A stretch of 29,127 nt of DNA from a bacterium. GTDB lineage: Bacteria; Bacillota; Clostridia; Eubacteriales; Anaerofustaceae. The notes beneath the pieces are model-generated. The model made no database searches. It was not told the origin of the DNA and saw nothing but the letters and a program-made list of their open reading frames with translations. This document shows positions 18,738 through 26,850 of this stretch, piece after piece. Every line of letters begins with the position of its first letter. The stretch's first letter is position 1. The position numbers and the translations under genes are program-made. The stretch lies in assembly GCA_963619195.1 (NCBI GenBank), contig CAVEWD010000001.1, positions 1-29,127 of the forward strand, written 5' to 3'.

Positions 18738-20551
18738 ATCGAAACGAAAAATATGTAATAATTCTTGTTCCATCACAAATGAGGCTGCTAGCTCGCTATG
18801 AAATAGATTTTAAAGATGTACTAACAAACTTCTCCTCTGATGAGGTAGAAATAGTATGTCCAAAGATGTATTATTTTACTTTGGAAGATTTGGCCGTTAC
18901 TCTGGAAAATTTGAAGAAGAAAAATCCCACAGTATCTTACTTCTGCGAATATTGGCTTTACTGGATAGAAGAGCTTTGGGATTTTTTTGGAATAGATTAT
19001 GCTTGCGATGTCACCAAAGAAGAGAGCTATACCCTAAACCTCGTAAATGAATATGACAATTTAAAGCTCACTAAAAGCAATTATTTTAAAAGCATTATAT
19101 ATAAGCTGGAGGATATCTGGAGCTTTGATTGTGAGGACGATAATGATAAAAGAATTTCAGAAGTGCTTGATATCGACTCTGCGCTGGAGGAAATTAACCG
19201 CTTTGAAAGAAACTACGGAAAACCAATTTTAGAGTGGGAATTCACCACTGCTGAAATGGAAAATTACATACAAGACTATGATAACGACTTAACTGTAAAG
19301 TTTGCAAGCGAAAATCAGCTTGCTCTTTGCCGTAGGTTTGTTGATGAGTTATGCAAAGAAGATAATAGCCTTGCTTTAAACATTAAGGGTTATTCCTGCT
19401 ACGGCGGCAACAGGCTTTATGAATGCGACTGGGAATGCTCACGCCAATGCATGCAAAAGCTCTTTGAAAAAACCGATAATCCTCAATATGCCAACACCTT
19501 AGGCTACATCTATTATTATGGCAGATGCAATAATGGTGCAGCAGAGTATGAAAAAGCTTTTCATTATTTTGAAATTTCCGCAGCAAACGGACTGTATGAG
19601 GGAATGTATAAGCTGGCGGATATGTATTTAAAGGGAAACGGCTGCATAAAAAGCCCTAAAACAGCCAAAAATCTTTATAAAATGGTGTATAACAACGCCA
19701 TCAAGAACTTCCTTAACGGAGAGGATGCAAATTTTGCCGATGCTGCACTTCGCATGGGAAATGTATATGCAATGGGCATTGACACAGAGGTTGACATAAA
19801 AACTGCGTATTTCTACTATCTTGAAGCCTGCTATGCCGCGAAATTAAGGGCTGATAATTCCGATTCATATGGTAACACAACGGTTGTTATAAATGCTCAA
19901 AATGCACTCGATAATATAAAAAATCAGCTGGGCAATAACTTTTTTAAGGGCTATATAGACTTTGATACGCCATATATTTTCTCCAAATTTGCATGCAATA
20001 ACAATTTGTGTCTTTTAAGCAAAAAACAGCTTAGTGAGAGCACGGCTGAACTGAAGGTAAGACGGCTTGACACCCTATCATGCCCTGAGCCAGAGATGGT
20101 TTTAATTAATATTCCCGAGCTTGAATTGTGTGAGAGAACCCTTCAACTTACAATAAACGCATTAGATTTAACAGATATTTGGTTTCAAAATAACTCCACA
20201 GCGGTTAAGTTCGATTTTTGCTACTGGAATGATTCTGAAAACCGCTTTGAATTCCTTTCTGATTACGTTATGGTGGCATGGGTGAAGGCAGATAAATATA
20301 GACTTTCAAAAGATGATTCACCACTTCAAGCTGACAACACCAAATACCGCTTTGTATCGGTGGAATTTTCACCAGGTGGCCGCCGCTACGACTACATATG
20401 CGATATAGCAGGTGTAAGGGTGGGAGACACTGTAATAGTAAATGGCTATGAAGGCGAAAGCGAAGTGGTGGTTAAATCAATCTTTGAAAAAAGGATATCC
20501 GAGCTGACGCTGCCTTTTAAAAGATATAAAAAAATTTTAAGAAAAAAATAA
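18734..20551 (+). CDS. Sel1-repeat protein with a C-terminal small beta domain
   Basis: Sel1 repeats NTLGYIYYYG...YEKAFHYFEISAANG, YKLADMYLKGNG, AALRMGNVYAMGI...AYFYYLEA. Confidence 0.85.
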   Translation: MNRNEKYVIILVPSQMRLLARYEIDFKDVLTNFSSDEVEIVCPKMYYFTLEDLAVTLENLKKKNPTVSYFCEYWLYWIEELWDFFGIDYACDVTKEESYTLNLVNEYDNLKLTKSNYFKSIIYKLEDIWSFDCEDDNDKRISEVLDIDSALEEINRFERNYGKPILEWEFTTAEMENYIQDYDNDLTVKFASENQLALCRRFVDELCKEDNSLALNIKGYSCYGGNRLYECDWECSRQCMQKLFEKTDNPQYANTLGYIYYYGRCNNGAAEYEKAFHYFEISAANGLYEGMYKLADMYLKGNGCIKSPKTAKNLYKMVYNNAIKNFLNGEDANFADAALRMGNVYAMGIDTEVDIKTAYFYYLEACYAAKLRADNSDSYGNTTVVINAQNALDNIKNQLGNNFFKGYIDFDTPYIFSKFACNNNLCLLSKKQLSESTAELKVRRLDTLSCPEPEMVLINIPELELCERTLQLTINALDLTDIWFQNNSTAVKFDFCYWNDSENRFEFLSDYVMVAWVKADKYRLSKDDSPLQADNTKYRFVSVEFSPGGRRYDYICDIAGVRVGDTVIVNGYEGESEVVVKSIFEKRISELTLPFKRYKKILRKK

Positions 20552-20557
20552 CATAAC

Positions 20558-20608
20558 ACACTCCTAAGGTGATTGTCTATTTATTAACAATGCTACCCTT
20601 AGGAGTGT
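20558..20608. repeat. 12-bp perfect inverted repeat between convergent genes (possible terminator)
   Basis: ACACTCCTAAGG (20558-20569) / CCTTAGGAGTGT (20597-20608), with inner ATTGT/ACAAT. Confidence 0.7.
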
Positions 20609-21282
20609 ATGTTCTCTATTTGCCAATCAATTGGGGATTGGTTTGTTGAAATAAGAAATTCATTTACCTTTGAAAACGGTTTGCTACCAAAAAAACCTCT
20701 GGAAGCTGAAAGAGGCGATGGATGGGGAGATTTTATCACCAGATGCCTTGGGTTTGTTATATAGCAGGCCTTACTCTGGGCAAAGGCTCCCCAAAGCACA
20801 AAGGCAACTGGGGTGGACTTTTCATTTGCAAGCTGTATTACCCTATCGGTGAAATTCTCCCAACCAAGATTTTTATGAGATGCAGGCTCATGAGCTCGCA
20901 CCGTAAGAACCGCATTTAAAAGAAGTACCCCTTGTTTTGCCCACTTCACCAAACAACCGTTGTCTGGAATATATGTTCCTATGTCGCTTTGCATTTCCTT
21001 ATAAATATTCATGAGTGAAGCCGGAATATCCACATTAGGCTTCACGGAAAAGCTTAATCCATGGGCTTGTCCCACATTATGGTAGGGGTCCTGACCTAAA
21101 ATAACCACCTTCATGCCCTCATATGAAGTTAAATGGAAAGCATTAAAAATATCATACATATCGGGGTAAACAGTGTGCGCGCGATAGTCCTCTGCCAGCT
21201 TTTTTCGAAGCTCTTTATAGTAGGGCTTTTGAAATTCGCCAGATAAATATTTACCCCAGTCGTTTTCAAATACAACACTCAT
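20599..21282 (-). CDS. ung: Uracil-DNA glycosylase (family 1)
   Basis: [42 protein letters not shown]. Confidence 0.97.
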   Translation of the reverse strand: MSVVFENDWGKYLSGEFQKPYYKELRKKLAEDYRAHTVYPDMYDIFNAFHLTSYEGMKVVILGQDPYHNVGQAHGLSFSVKPNVDIPASLMNIYKEMQSDIGTYIPDNGCLVKWAKQGVLLLNAVLTVRAHEPASHKNLGWENFTDRVIQLANEKSTPVAFVLWGAFAQSKACYITNPRHLVIKSPHPSPLSASRGFFGSKPFSKVNEFLISTNQSPIDWQIENIHS

Positions 21283-21704
21283 TGCGGAACAATTCCTGTC
21301 ATGGTGAGCTGGTAACGCTCTTTAAATGCGCCTTTTTTATCCATTATATTTATAGCCAGATAGGCCAAAGCTGTGAACACACAGGCCGTGAGAATTGCAG
21401 CAAGATCACCATTCATGTTAAAAGGGGCAGCCAAAAATTTACTTCCCACAACACACCCTAAAATGAAGAACAAAAGTGGAATTCCATACATTATCAAGCT
21501 GGCGCCCAAAACGCCCTCCAACTGCATTTCCACCGTAACCATATCACCCGCCTTAGCGTTAAGGGTATTTTTAACCCTTGCCTCCATGTGCAGGTTTTGC
21601 TTTCCCACCATACATTGTCCGCAGTCACCGCAGGCTGTGGTACGCTCTAAGACCACAATGGCATCATCACCTTGTATTTCCTTTACCTCTAAAACCTCAA
21701 GCAT
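21279..21704 (-). CDS. rseC: RseC/MucC-family membrane protein
   Basis: [10 protein letters not shown]...[17 protein letters not shown] + 2 TM. Confidence 0.85.
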   Translation of the reverse strand: MLEVLEVKEIQGDDAIVVLERTTACGDCGQCMVGKQNLHMEARVKNTLNAKAGDMVTVEMQLEGVLGASLIMYGIPLLFFILGCVVGSKFLAAPFNMNGDLAAILTACVFTALAYLAINIMDKKGAFKERYQLTMTGIVPQ

Positions 21705-22529
21705 TTATTTTTCTAACCTTTCAAGTATATTGCACATCGAATCATCTGCATAGGGAATTCCCATTTCTCTCTTAAGACACGGCCCATGACAGTCAGAACC
21801 GGCAGAAACTGCCAGGGAATGCTCATTGCAATATTTTTTATAATATTCAAACTGCTCCATAGCTGGGTTATACGGGCTTAGACACTCCACACCCTTTATG
21901 CCATATTCCACAAAATCATCCAACATTTCCTTTGGCATAACACTTCCCCTGAAATGATAGCTAGGGTGCGCTAACACCGGAAATGCCCCCACGCTCTTTA
22001 AAAATGCTACAGCTTCCCTGGAGCCCACAAAACCTAAGGGGGGCATGTCCAACTCTGCCTTTAAAGCGGCAAATTCCAAATATCCATCCACAATGCCCTT
22101 CATTTCCAAATAATTAAGAGCCGGGAAACCGCCTAAAGATGGGTCGGGCGAATAACACTCAAATTCATTCATATCAATTGAAGAAAACTTCCTGGAAAGC
22201 TGCTCCATTATGGTGTGGTCTCTTTGAGCGCGGTAGTCATTGGCGCTCTTACCAAAGGCTGCCATTTCGCTGAATTTTTCATCAGAAAAATCATACCCTA
22301 AAATGTGAATTTCCATTCCCTTATAGGTAGTAGTAAGCTCTATTCCATTCATAGTGCCTACTCCCGAGCCGGATAGAGTATTCCTAAATTCTTCAATTGC
22401 AGCCACGGAATCGTGGTCAGTTACACATGCAAAGCCTAATTTTTTTTCAATTGCCATCTTAGCCATTTGCTCTGCCGTAAGAGAGCCGTCAGAACAGGTG
22501 GTATGAAAGTGCATATCAATTCTTCTCAT
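21705..22529 (-). CDS. PHP-domain phosphoesterase (TrpH/YciV-like)
   Basis: DMHFHT..SDG, TDHD, GIE, IHILGY, LAHP, GSDCHG. Start placed at ATG 22529 (track start 22547). Confidence 0.9.
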   Translation of the reverse strand: MRRIDMHFHTTCSDGSLTAEQMAKMAIEKKLGFACVTDHDSVAAIEEFRNTLSGSGVGTMNGIELTTTYKGMEIHILGYDFSDEKFSEMAAFGKSANDYRAQRDHTIMEQLSRKFSSIDMNEFECYSPDPSLGGFPALNYLEMKGIVDGYLEFAALKAELDMPPLGFVGSREAVAFLKSVGAFPVLAHPSYHFRGSVMPKEMLDDFVEYGIKGVECLSPYNPAMEQFEYYKKYCNEHSLAVSAGSDCHGPCLKREMGIPYADDSMCNILERLEK

Positions 22530-22535
22530 ATTAAA

Positions 22536-22544
22536 ATTGTAGCA
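22536..22544 (-). promoter_or_regulatory. Extended -10 (TGCTACAAT) immediately before the PHP ATG
   Basis: Minus strand TGC-TACAAT-TTTAAT-ATG; no SD sequence. Confidence 0.55.
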
Positions 22545-22713
22545 CAAACCGGCATTTAATTAAAGTTTTAAATGTTTCATTTAAAGGCAATGTTTCAAAT
22601 TTTAGGCTTCTTTCTGGCTTAAAAACATCAATTTTAATAAAACACGGCAGGATATTTTGGGTGATATTGAATAAAATATCTTCTCATTTTTCACACCGAA
22701 ATTAAATTAAACA

Positions 22714-22757
22714 CAAAAACCCTCAATGAACCCGGAAAATCTCGAATTCATTGAGGG
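22714..22757 (-). terminator. Intrinsic terminator
   Basis: Minus strand CCCTCAATGAA-N16-TTCATTGAGGG-TTTTTG. Confidence 0.8.
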
Positions 22758-22885
22758 CTATGCTACATTGAGCCAAAAGCATTTCAGCAATTCACAATGC
22801 CAGTTTTCATTTTGCTATTATCGTGCCACGCTATTTTGGAATTATATTCCCATGTAGCTAGCTCATAACAAGCTCTCCTCAATTC
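22757..22885 (-). ncRNA. Candidate structured RNA element (unassigned)
   Basis: Four nested stems by eye (GCUACAU/AUGUAGC, CCAAAA/UUUUGG, UAGCAA/UUGCUG, AAUG/CAUU), with G-U pairs only in the minus orientation. Confidence 0.35.
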
Positions 22886-22909
22886 ATCACATATAGGGTA
22901 TAGGTTACA

Positions 22910-23137
22910 CTATTTAATTATTCTAAAATAAGAAAGAACAGCTAAAACCAACCCAATAACACAATAAATTTGGATGAGCCATGCCGCAATGCCTACAATC
23001 CAGCCAATAAGGGCAATTCCGCCCAAAAGTGAGCCAATCCAGCCCGACACTACAGACACAACAACGTATATAATAACAGACTTCAAAAGCGAAGATCCGT
23101 TCTTTAGATTAAAGCTTAAAGGAAATAATCTGTGCAA
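22910..23137 (-). CDS. Small hypothetical membrane protein (75 aa, 2 TM)
   Basis: GGAGGTG RBS followed by TTG at 23137; hydrophobic sequence (track start 23161). Confidence 0.8.
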   Translation of the reverse strand: MHRLFPLSFNLKNGSSLLKSVIIYVVVSVVSGWIGSLLGGIALIGWIVGIAAWLIQIYCVIGLVLAVLSYFRIIK

Positions 23138-23165
23138 TATATTCACCTCCATAAAATTCAAGTAT

Positions 23166-23194
23166 ATTTTATAAAGTTTTTTTCATCTGCGCAA
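23166..23194 (-). promoter_or_regulatory. Probable sigmaA promoter for the small membrane protein
   Basis: Minus strand TTGCGC-N17-TAAAAT. Confidence 0.5.
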
Positions 23195-23253
23195 TCTAAT
23201 TAATGGAATTTTAAAGTAATTAATCTTAGCTGAATTTTTTAAATTTGTTTTCA

Positions 23254-23290
23254 TTAAAAGTGGCAAGGGGGGTTACCTCATTGCCACTTT
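23254..23290 (-). terminator. Intrinsic terminator
   Basis: Minus strand AAAGTGGCAA-N14-TTGCCACTTT-TAAT directly after the stop at 23293. Confidence 0.75.
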
Positions 23291-23292
23291 AC

Positions 23293-23571
23293 TCATCTTA
23301 TAATATCGTCTAAAACCTCACCAAGATTCAAGCTTTCTTCATTGCAGGAGGATTTTGTTTTAAAGCTATTTTTTTCTTTGGAAACATTGACTTTATTTAC
23401 CAATGTCTCCAGCATTTCATTAGAGTAACCCTTTAACATTTTCATTCTGCGTTTTGCTCCAAGTAAACTCTCGAATGCTTCCGTATAGGCAAGACAGTCC
23501 CCCGCACTATCTCCATTGGCCATATCTATTATAAAGCCTTCATCCTTTTTTATTACGCACACATAATACAT
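23293..23571 (-). CDS. Hypothetical 92-aa protein, possibly degenerate GIY-YIG (UPF0213-like)
   Basis: GGAGG RBS and downstream terminator; MYYVCVI and LAYTEAFES...AKRR...LK pattern. Confidence 0.65.
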   Translation of the reverse strand: MYYVCVIKKDEGFIIDMANGDSAGDCLAYTEAFESLLGAKRRMKMLKGYSNEMLETLVNKVNVSKEKNSFKTKSSCNEESLNLGEVLDDIIR

Positions 23572-23589
23572 ACCATATGCCCTCCATAT

Positions 23590-25959
23590 TTAAAAGAACA
23601 TAGCCTCTGTCCAATGGGAGTTTTGATAAACATCATTAACCATATACCAATACACTCCCTCGCTGTCCTCAAGGGATGTATAACCCACCTCAATTTCTCC
23701 GCTGTAGATTATATACATATCTTCATAGGTATAGCTGCTTTGATAATTGCCGTCATAATCATAAAAATCATACACAAAGTAGATTTCATCATTTTCTTTA
23801 AACTGCAAAAGGTCTCTGCTTGCCATATTTGTTGAATCATCAATCACACGGTACCCCTCCACATAGCCATAGGGAGAGTCATCATCATATTTCAGCATTA
23901 TCTCAATATATGTTGTGTCATTAAGTATTGCTGGCACATACCCTGTGAACACATTTGTGCCGTCATATCGAGTTTGAATTCCTTCTGAGTAATATGCCAC
24001 CACAACATCATCCAGCGAAACCCAGGTGTTGTCAAAATTTAAAAGGAGGTTATCATTATCATCCAATTCATAATACTGGTCGCTGCCCAAATCGGCGTAT
24101 CCTTCCCCATCATCAAGCCACGCCTGAACCTCAATGTTGACAATGTTTTCCCAATCTAAATCGCTAAGGGGAAGCACATTTTTTCCATCGATATATTCAG
24201 GTGTTGGCATTGTGAAGGTTCCATCGGCGTAGTCATAGCTCTCCACGGAATTGCTATTATACCATTCGTACTCCTCGTAGTCCTCTCCTTCAGATGTTAT
24301 TAGCAAATCCTGAATAGTACGCTGTTCATAGTTAACCTTGCCTCCCGCCATTATGTTCACAAAGTTATCAAAAAATTCATAGCAGCTTCCAGAATAGCCT
24401 ATACCAGAGAAAAAGCTTTTTGCATACTCATAGGAGTAAAGGTCGGAATATGGAAAATACATTGAAAGTCCGCAGGAACCTTGTATTTGGCAGTTGTTTC
24501 TATATTTAACCGCGCTCCTTATGCAATCCACCAAATCATTGGCTTTAACCACATCAAGATTTTTGGTAAAATCCACTATATCAATTAAGTCATACTCTCC
24601 CTCGGCATAGCTTTTGGCGTTGGCGCGTGCGGTGGATATCACAGTGTAGTTTTTCTGGAAAAGCATCTCGTTGGCGCTTTCCATGTATTTGTTAAGAGCC
24701 TCATAAACTCTGGGTATTTCCCTTAGGGAGGTTACTGATAAGGTTTGGTAGTTGTCACTGCTTTGAACATAACTATCCACCACTTTAATTCCCAAATCCA
24801 CTGAATCCATGCTGGGGTTTTCCTCCAGGGCCGAAAGCCAATCGGTGTAATACCACCCGCCTGAAGGCTCAGTTTCCTCGCTGGCAATAAGATAATCAGC
24901 ATAAGGCTCCAGCATAAAGGCTGTTTCAATGTTTGCCATAAGACATGCATCAAAGCCCACCACATCAAATTTCACCTTCGCGTCTTTAAGGGCTTGAGCT
25001 ATATCCGGCAAATAGAGGGAATCATCGGTGTATATCTCATCGTATCCAAAACCATAAACCGAACCTCCGCCATGGTCCCAGAAAATAAGAATATAACGCT
25101 CAGCCGGATAATTCTCAGCAGCAAAGGAAATAAAACTGCAAAGAGCATCTGAAGTGAGCATTCGGCTTTCTCCCAGGGAGGCAAGGGAATATATTTCACC
25201 ATCCTCAATAAGCCACCTTTCGACTTCCTCATCAGTCATAACATTGTTAGCCCATTCCTGAGTTCCGCCAGTTTGCAAAACAATTTTCACATTTTCCCCA
25301 ACATCAGAATCTATCATTTCCTGAATGTCATCAGTGGCGCAGCCATAAAGAGATTCCAGGTCGCTTCCGACCATGTAAACCATTACGGTTACGCTGCAGT
25401 CTTCATTCTGTGAAACATTGGTATAAAAATCCCTTAAGGCAGTTGCATCTAGGTCTGAGGAATAAACTCCGCTGCCGGAAGAAGTGCCGCTATTGTAGTT
25501 GGAATGCGGGATATATTCGCTATAGAGATCATCAGAATCATCACTTAATAATATCCCGCAGGCTATGCCAATAATAATAAGAATCACAGCAATAAGCCAG
25601 CCTTTTTTCTTTTTACGCTTTGGTAGAGTGTAGGGTTGATAATAACCTCCTGGCTGCTGATTGCCATAACCATTATATCCTTGCTGAGTGTAATTCGGCT
25701 GGTTGTAGCCCTGTTGTCTCATTTGGGCATTTTGTTGCCAACGACTTTGCCCATAGCCCGACACCCCTTGATTTAAGGAGTTAGGGTAATTATTGGGCTG
25801 CGAATAGCTACTTTTGTCAGAATTTCCCGGGGAATTCTGACTGCCATAGAACATAGCAGAGTTTTGGGAGGAATTATTTACAACGCTCGTGCTTCTACCG
25901 CAATTGGAACAAAATTTTGAATTATCCGGCAGAGCCTTACCACAATACCTGCAAAACAT
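23590..25959 (-). CDS. Membrane-anchored clostripain-family (C11) cysteine peptidase with N-terminal zinc ribbon
   Basis: CRYCG...FCSNCG; TM after KRKKKK; VMVYMVGSDLES, YPAERYILIFWDHGGG (His), GFDACLMANIE (Cys), ASEETEP..GW.Y; AGGAAGGA RBS favours ATG 25959. Confidence 0.92.
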   Translation of the reverse strand: MFCRYCGKALPDNSKFCSNCGRSTSVVNNSSQNSAMFYGSQNSPGNSDKSSYSQPNNYPNSLNQGVSGYGQSRWQQNAQMRQQGYNQPNYTQQGYNGYGNQQPGGYYQPYTLPKRKKKKGWLIAVILIIIGIACGILLSDDSDDLYSEYIPHSNYNSGTSSGSGVYSSDLDATALRDFYTNVSQNEDCSVTVMVYMVGSDLESLYGCATDDIQEMIDSDVGENVKIVLQTGGTQEWANNVMTDEEVERWLIEDGEIYSLASLGESRMLTSDALCSFISFAAENYPAERYILIFWDHGGGSVYGFGYDEIYTDDSLYLPDIAQALKDAKVKFDVVGFDACLMANIETAFMLEPYADYLIASEETEPSGGWYYTDWLSALEENPSMDSVDLGIKVVDSYVQSSDNYQTLSVTSLREIPRVYEALNKYMESANEMLFQKNYTVISTARANAKSYAEGEYDLIDIVDFTKNLDVVKANDLVDCIRSAVKYRNNCQIQGSCGLSMYFPYSDLYSYEYAKSFFSGIGYSGSCYEFFDNFVNIMAGGKVNYEQRTIQDLLITSEGEDYEEYEWYNSNSVESYDYADGTFTMPTPEYIDGKNVLPLSDLDWENIVNIEVQAWLDDGEGYADLGSDQYYELDDNDNLLLNFDNTWVSLDDVVVAYYSEGIQTRYDGTNVFTGYVPAILNDTTYIEIMLKYDDDSPYGYVEGYRVIDDSTNMASRDLLQFKENDEIYFVYDFYDYDGNYQSSYTYEDMYIIYSGEIEVGYTSLEDSEGVYWYMVNDVYQNSHWTEAMFF

Positions 25960-26076
25960 TTTATATTTCCTTCCTGCTTGAAATCTCAATTAATTGCTTA
26001 TATTTTAGCATAGTTTACGTTTTGTGCCTAACTGAGGGGAAATTTTTAGGAAAATGATGTTGGTAAATAATGTTTA

Positions 26077-26085
26077 TGCTATAAT
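26077..26085 (+). promoter_or_regulatory. Extended -10 (TGCTATAAT) for the ispD operon
   Basis: Exact TGnTATAAT 21 nt before the ATG; a divergent TGCTAAAAT lies on the minus strand at 26002-26010. Confidence 0.6.
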
Positions 26086-26106
26086 TAAACCAAATAGGAT
26101 AAAAGA

Positions 26107-26850
26107 ATGCAAAATAAATATTTCACATCAGCCATAATTGTGGCAGCGGGCAGCTCTGTAAGGATGAATTGCCCAGGAAATAAAAACTATTTACCAATTC
26201 AAGACATACCAGCTTTAAGCCTTACTCTAAAAGCCTTTGATGAGTGCACAGTGATAGACGAAATAGTCTTGGTTTATAAAAAGGAAGAACTTTCCTTTGC
26301 CATAGAAGCTGTAAAATGCGCTGGAGTTAAAAAAAACGTCAGCTATGCCATAGGCGGCACAACCCGACAGGAATCGGTATATAACGGGATTTTGGCGGTA
26401 AGTCCATCCTGCAACTACGTGGCAATTCATGATGGGGCAAGAGTTATGATAACCCCAGAAGTCATAGAAAAAGTCATGAAAGCTGCCTATGAATCAGGTG
26501 CAGCCACATCTGCAAGGAAAGTAACAGACACTCTTTGCACACTAAATGAGAGTCTATCCGAAATTGGAGAATACATAAACAGAGACTCATGCGCTTTAAT
26601 TCAAACTCCGCAATGCTTTGATTACTCGCTTATAAAAAAAGCCCATGATGAGGCACTTAAGGAGCATGTTTCAGCCACCGATGACACTTCTTTGATCAAA
26701 AGGCTGGGAAGAGAAGTTAAATTGGTGTTCACAGATGGGAAAAATCTAAAATTGACCCACCCTGAGGATGTGGTTATTGCCAGAGCAATAATAGAAAGTA
26801 GACAAAATAACAATCTCAACAAAGGAGAAAATGAGAATGCAGTTAAATGA
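26107..26850 (+). CDS. ispD: 2-C-methyl-D-erythritol 4-phosphate cytidylyltransferase (IspD/TarI family)
   Basis: AAG.S.RM....NK.YL, GGTTRQESV.NG, HDGAR, QTPQ.F, TDD, NLKLTHPED. Confidence 0.9.
   Translation: MQNKYFTSAIIVAAGSSVRMNCPGNKNYLPIQDIPALSLTLKAFDECTVIDEIVLVYKKEELSFAIEAVKCAGVKKNVSYAIGGTTRQESVYNGILAVSPSCNYVAIHDGARVMITPEVIEKVMKAAYESGAATSARKVTDTLCTLNESLSEIGEYINRDSCALIQTPQCFDYSLIKKAHDEALKEHVSATDDTSLIKRLGREVKLVFTDGKNLKLTHPEDVVIARAIIESRQNNNLNKGENENAVK

Noticed and set aside
22858..22866. Amber read-through or recoding of ATG-AGC-TAG
   Set aside because: TAG is the normal stop of several genes here (amidase, SIMPL, surface protein, 22910 gene), and read-through meets another TAG and then TGA within 20 codons.
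22797..22868. 23-aa hydrophobic plus-strand ORF (MPVFILLLSCHAILELYSHVASS) as a type I toxin
   Set aside because: No SD upstream and no charged C-terminus; the structure and terminator favour the minus strand.
26041..26055. CodY-like box AATTTTTAGGAAAAT
   Set aside because: Three mismatches to AATTTTCWGAAAATT in AT-rich DNA; not distinguishable from chance.
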